Below the pieces are notes generated by a model. That model ran no database searches, was not told the DNA's origin, and worked only from the letters and a program-made list of their open reading frames with translations. A program made the translations under genes and the position numbers. Shown in pieces: positions 39,996 through 43,119 of a stretch of DNA of 43,119 bases. The DNA comes from Actinomycetota bacterium. Lineage in GTDB: Bacteria; Actinomycetota; Thermoleophilia; Gaiellales; Gaiellaceae. The stretch covers positions 1 through 43,119 of the forward strand of contig JACDGR010000001.1 of the NCBI GenBank assembly GCA_013821525.1, given 5' to 3'. The number at the start of each line of letters is the position of its first letter. Position 1 is the first letter of the stretch.

Positions 39996-40004
39996 GGGTT
40001 CCCC

Positions 40005-40361
40005 TTAGGGCTGTGAGTTCGTCCAGATGCCGCGCGCGGCGTAGAAGTTGGCACCACTGGCGGTGGTGCAGAGGACGGTGAACGCGAAGCTGCGTGGTGA
40101 GAGCGCGAGCGACTCCGCTGCGAGCACGTAGAACTGCGCGACGGCCATGCCGTCACCCGCGCCGCTGTCAGTGATCTGGCCGACGCCAGAGACGAGCGTC
40201 GACGTGACGGTCTTCTGCAGGACGTACGTCAGCGTGTCCGACTGGTTGTTGCGGATCGTCAGCGTGGCGGTCACGAGCGGGTCGGTGGCGCCATCCTGCA
40301 TGTCCGCCTCGTACAGGTAGTCGACGCCCTGGATCGTCTGGATGCGATCGTCACCGATCAT
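40005..40361 (-). CDS. Hypothetical virion protein (118 aa)
   Basis: ORF-track entry. AGGAGG lies 7 nt upstream of the ATG, and there is an ATGA overlap with the 40-aa ORF. Confidence 0.6.
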   Translation of the reverse strand: MIGDDRIQTIQGVDYLYEADMQDGATDPLVTATLTIRNNQSDTLTYVLQKTVTSTLVSGVGQITDSGAGDGMAVAQFYVLAAESLALSPRSFAFTVLCTTASGANFYAARGIWTNSQP

Positions 40362-40480
40362 TCGCTGCCTCCTGTCTTTGGCTGCGACTGGCCGCCGGAC
40401 GTGCGCAACCGGTAGATCGGGATAGGCCCGGTGGGGACGGGGGGCGCGGCGACGCCTTGGAACAGCAGGAGCAGCGTCAC
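40358..40480 (-). CDS. Unlisted 40-aa ORF (hydrophobic N-terminus, Pro-rich)
   Basis: GTG 40480 overlaps the upstream TGA (GTGA), and the stop overlaps the next ATG (ATGA). VTLLLLFQGVAAPPVPTGPIPIYRLRTSGGQSQPKTGGSE. Confidence 0.35.
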   Translation of the reverse strand: MTLLLLFQGVAAPPVPTGPIPIYRLRTSGGQSQPKTGGSE

Positions 40481-41193
40481 GCGCCGACTCCGAGCAGCAT
40501 CGAGTTGTGCGCGGCAGCGGCGCCAGAGCCGTTGCTGCCCTTGTAGAGCACCTGCACGATCCGGCACGTCATGGAGCCCGTCCACGTCGGCGTCGGAGTG
40601 AGGGCGGTATTCGACGCTGTGAGCGCCGTCAGGTGGCAGAACTCCAGGGTGAGCGTTCCGCCAGCGGACGCGTCAGACTTCTCCGTCCAGCCGGCCGGCG
40701 GGGTCGACCCGGTGCTCCCGTTCTTCCCGAGGGCGTAGAGGCCGAAGTCCGGGTTGAACGTCGGCGTGATGCTGCCAGCGGCGAGCGTCGTGACCGCTGC
40801 CCCCGCCGAGTTTGCCGAGCTCGCACCGTCCGTCACGATCGGCGTCGGCACACTGACGGAGTCGACCTTGATCACGCTGATGGCCTGGCCGATGGTCGCC
40901 GCTGTCGTCGTCGCGGTGATTATCCCCGTCGTGGCGGTCAACTGCGTGGTGATCGCAGAACTCGCGATCGCGACGCCGATCGCCTCGTTGACTCCGACGG
41001 TCTGCTGGTCAACGACCCATGTGTTGCTCGCGTTGTCGGTGAAGGACACCGTTTCCGTGCCGGCGAGCGTGAGCCACGCGAACGCGCAGTACGCCGTCTC
41101 GCCGACCGAGATGGTGGTGTTGACGGTCTGGGATTTCGTGGACGCGCTCGCAGCGTTCTGCGAGTTCCCGCACGCGGTGACGGTGAGCGCCAT
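40477..41193 (-). CDS. Hypothetical Thr/Ala/Ser-rich virion protein (238 aa)
   Basis: ORF-track entry. TAATG overlap with the upstream gene. Beta-rich, fibre-like or Ig-like composition. Confidence 0.6.
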   Translation of the reverse strand: MALTVTACGNSQNAASASTKSQTVNTTISVGETAYCAFAWLTLAGTETVSFTDNASNTWVVDQQTVGVNEAIGVAIASSAITTQLTATTGIITATTTAATIGQAISVIKVDSVSVPTPIVTDGASSANSAGAAVTTLAAGSITPTFNPDFGLYALGKNGSTGSTPPAGWTEKSDASAGGTLTLEFCHLTALTASNTALTPTPTWTGSMTCRIVQVLYKGSNGSGAAAAHNSMLLGVGA

Positions 41194-42914
41194 TACGCGT
41201 ACCCGAGGTTGACGAGGATCTCCGACGCTGCGACGGCACCCGTGTCCGAGTCGGCGGCGCCGGTCGTGATCGCGTACGCGATGCCGGTGCCGAAGACGAG
41301 TCCGAGGTCGGCAGCGTTGATCGTGAAGCCACCACCAGCTGGGATCATCATGCGCCAGACGGGCGTGTCGGTGCCGACGGTCGGCGCTGATGCCTTGTTG
41401 TAGAGCTTGAAGTACCGCGCTGCGGCGTTCGCGTTCGAGACCGCCATCAGGTACACCTGCCCGGCGCTCGCCTTCACGCTCGTGCCGTTCGTCGACGCGG
41501 CACTGACGAGGCTGTGCGTCGTCATGCCACCAGTCGTCGCCGTCTTGTTGGAGACGTTCAGTGGCGTCGTGAGGTTGACCTGGTCGGTCGCGAGGGTAAC
41601 GCGCTGCACGCCCGCGCTGAGGACGCCAGAGTTTACGGCGACTGCGGTGCCGCCAACTTGTACCTGGTTGACGCTCTGGTTGGCCGCAAGCGCGACGAGG
41701 TTCGTCGTGCCGGGCGTCGTCTGGTCAATGCCGACCTTGCCGATCACGTTCGTGCCCGCCGCGAGCGCGCCACCGATCGCAACGTTCAACGGCGTCGTCA
41801 GGTTCGGCTGATCCGTTGCGAGCACGATGCGTTGCGTGCCGGCACTCTTGTTACCCGAGTTGACGTCAGTCGCAGTACCGCCGATGCGAGACAGATTGAC
41901 CGTCTGATCCGCGACGAGCGCGCCGATGATGTTCGAGCCGACCGGCAGCGGCAGCGTGATCCCGATAGGGCCAGTCGCGGCGGACGCGCGCAGCGTGATC
42001 GTTGTAGAGCCGGACGTGTAGGAGGAGACGCGTACGCGGAACCCGGAGAACCCCGCGACGTTGACGGTGTACCGGCCGGCAACGCCGTACTGCGATCCAG
42101 CGCCCCAGTTCGCGCCGGTGCCCGTGACGGTCGCGTCGTACCCACGGAAAACGCTGAACCAGTTCGTACCGTCGATCGTGGCCTCGGCAACCACCGTCAT
42201 GCCGGCGATGCTGCCGTTGATGTCGACATCGCACGTCGACATGCCGTTCAGCGTCGTGATCGCAACGTTGCCCGTCGCGGCGAGGGTGCCCGACGCGTTC
42301 AGGTCGGTCGTGCCGGCCGCGCTGAACGACCCCGAAACGTTCAGCGGTGTCCCCGACGCGGAGCCCTGCACGGTGTAGACATCCGCGCTCGGGGTACCCG
42401 CGATGCCGAACGCGGCCTGCTTGACTGCCGTCGCGACACCCGCGATCGTGCCGAGGTTCGCGGTGACGGTACCGCTGATGCCGAGCGTGCCTGCGAGCAG
42501 GTTCGCGATGCGTCGCAACTGCGCGATCACGCTACCCGTCGTCGACGCTGCGGCATCGGACGTCGTGCCGAGCGCAGACGCGGACTGAGCAGCACTCGAG
42601 TTACCCGTGCTGACCGTCGAGTCCTGCGCGAGCGTGACCGACCCGACGGCAACCGCCGAAGCGCGGAGCTGCGTGTCCGTCAGGCCCGTCGAGCCGAGCG
42701 TCCCGCTGACGGGGACGGGTGTCGCGCGGAGTTGCGTGTCCGTCAGGGGACCCGAGACGGGCATCGGGTTCGCGCTCGAGAGGTCGGTCGCGGAGCCGTC
42801 CGCTCCGACGCTGATCTTCACGCGCTGATGCTTGACCCCCGCGATGTCGTCCGCGGCGATCGTCGGGGTTGCATCCCCTGTGCCAGTGGTCGGGATTACG
42901 ACGTTGTCTGCCAT
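41193..42914 (-). CDS. Repeat-containing fibre-like / decoration-like virion protein (573 aa)
   Basis: Internal ATG 42914 (MADNVVIPTTGTGDATP...). Two LTDTQLRA motifs near the N-terminus, and two ~44-aa repeats (…VNLSRIGGTATDVNSGNKSAGTQRIVLATDQPNLTTPLNV / …VNQVQVGGTAVAVNSGVLSAGVQRVTLATDQVNLTTPLNV). It follows tailspike gene 5..1303 across the circular junction. Confidence 0.6.
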   Translation of the reverse strand: MADNVVIPTTGTGDATPTIAADDIAGVKHQRVKISVGADGSATDLSSANPMPVSGPLTDTQLRATPVPVSGTLGSTGLTDTQLRASAVAVGSVTLAQDSTVSTGNSSAAQSASALGTTSDAAASTTGSVIAQLRRIANLLAGTLGISGTVTANLGTIAGVATAVKQAAFGIAGTPSADVYTVQGSASGTPLNVSGSFSAAGTTDLNASGTLAATGNVAITTLNGMSTCDVDINGSIAGMTVVAEATIDGTNWFSVFRGYDATVTGTGANWGAGSQYGVAGRYTVNVAGFSGFRVRVSSYTSGSTTITLRASAATGPIGITLPLPVGSNIIGALVADQTVNLSRIGGTATDVNSGNKSAGTQRIVLATDQPNLTTPLNVAIGGALAAGTNVIGKVGIDQTTPGTTNLVALAANQSVNQVQVGGTAVAVNSGVLSAGVQRVTLATDQVNLTTPLNVSNKTATTGGMTTHSLVSAASTNGTSVKASAGQVYLMAVSNANAAARYFKLYNKASAPTVGTDTPVWRMMIPAGGGFTINAADLGLVFGTGIAYAITTGAADSDTGAVAASEILVNLGYA

Positions 42915-42992
42915 CAGCCGACCGGTCCTTTCGTGACGACCTTCATAACGGGGATCGCATTCGACGAAACCTGGCCGCTGGTGAAGAACCAC

Positions 42993-43119
42993 TTCCTCAT
43001 GTCAGCGTCGCGTACTTGTAGGTGCCGTCCGGATAGCGCACGTAGAGGCGATGGTTCGTCAGGTCGACACCCGCGATCGTCGTCATGCCGACGGGGACTC
43101 CCGGCTCCTGCGTGCCGAT
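42993..43119. repeat. Terminal direct repeat, right copy (exact duplicate of 1..127)
   Basis: Identical to bases 1..127. Confidence 0.97.

Noticed and set aside
41553-41912. The repeated segments in the fibre-like gene as template and variable repeats of a diversity-generating retroelement.
   Set aside because: No reverse transcriptase or accessory gene occurs anywhere in the genome. The two copies differ at all base types rather than showing adenine-specific differences.

Overview
The window is one complete, circularly closed genome of a high-GC temperate phage. Bases 1..127 are repeated exactly at 42993..43119, so the unique length is 42,992 bp. Only two genes are on the + strand: a tyrosine integrase (21448..22458) and a CI-like repressor (25987..26376). 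All other genes are on the minus strand, in long chains joined by 1- or 4-nt start/stop overlaps (ATGA, GTGA, TTGA, TAATG, TGATG, TAGTG). I checked about 40 such junctions by hand and used them to choose starts where the longest ORF carries an Arg-rich, off-frame-looking N-terminal extension.

Modules in minus-strand transcription order:
- Immunity switch and early operon, 25849 down to 22461: leaderless cro-like HTH, several mini-proteins, RecT, Cas4-like exonuclease, Xis.
- Integrase with a candidate attP core just upstream.
- DNA-modification and accessory block, 21385 down to 15757: Dcm, membrane-anchored transglycosylase, SPPF-type amino-methyltransferase, RuvC, a winged-helix-like protein, and a palindrome/iteron array.
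- A strong hairpin abutting terS.
- Packaging and head genes: TerS, TerL, portal, scaffold, major capsid protein.
- A two-domain glycosyltransferase insert.
- An esterase fibre and two beta-helix tailspikes.
- Across the circular junction, podovirus-like tail genes: repeat-rich fibre-like protein, adaptor, nozzle-like beta-propeller, internal/ejection proteins including a 1218-aa protein, and an SLT-NlpC/P60 hydrolase.
- Lysis cassette ending in a papain-like C1 peptidase at 26600.

I saw no tRNA, rRNA, CRISPR array, transposase, DNA polymerase, helicase or primase.

The items most worth follow-up are:
- the late-operon glycosyltransferase block;
- the five-site GTAACGCGTTAC array, a candidate origin or operator bank;
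- a Dcm gene whose conserved motifs are split across reading frames;
- the unusual lysis cassette, with two tandem micro-TM peptides, a tail-anchored coiled-coil protein and a C1 peptidase;
- several translationally coupled ORFs shorter than 60 aa that are absent from the ORF track.

All functional calls come from motif recognition by eye. No database search was run.
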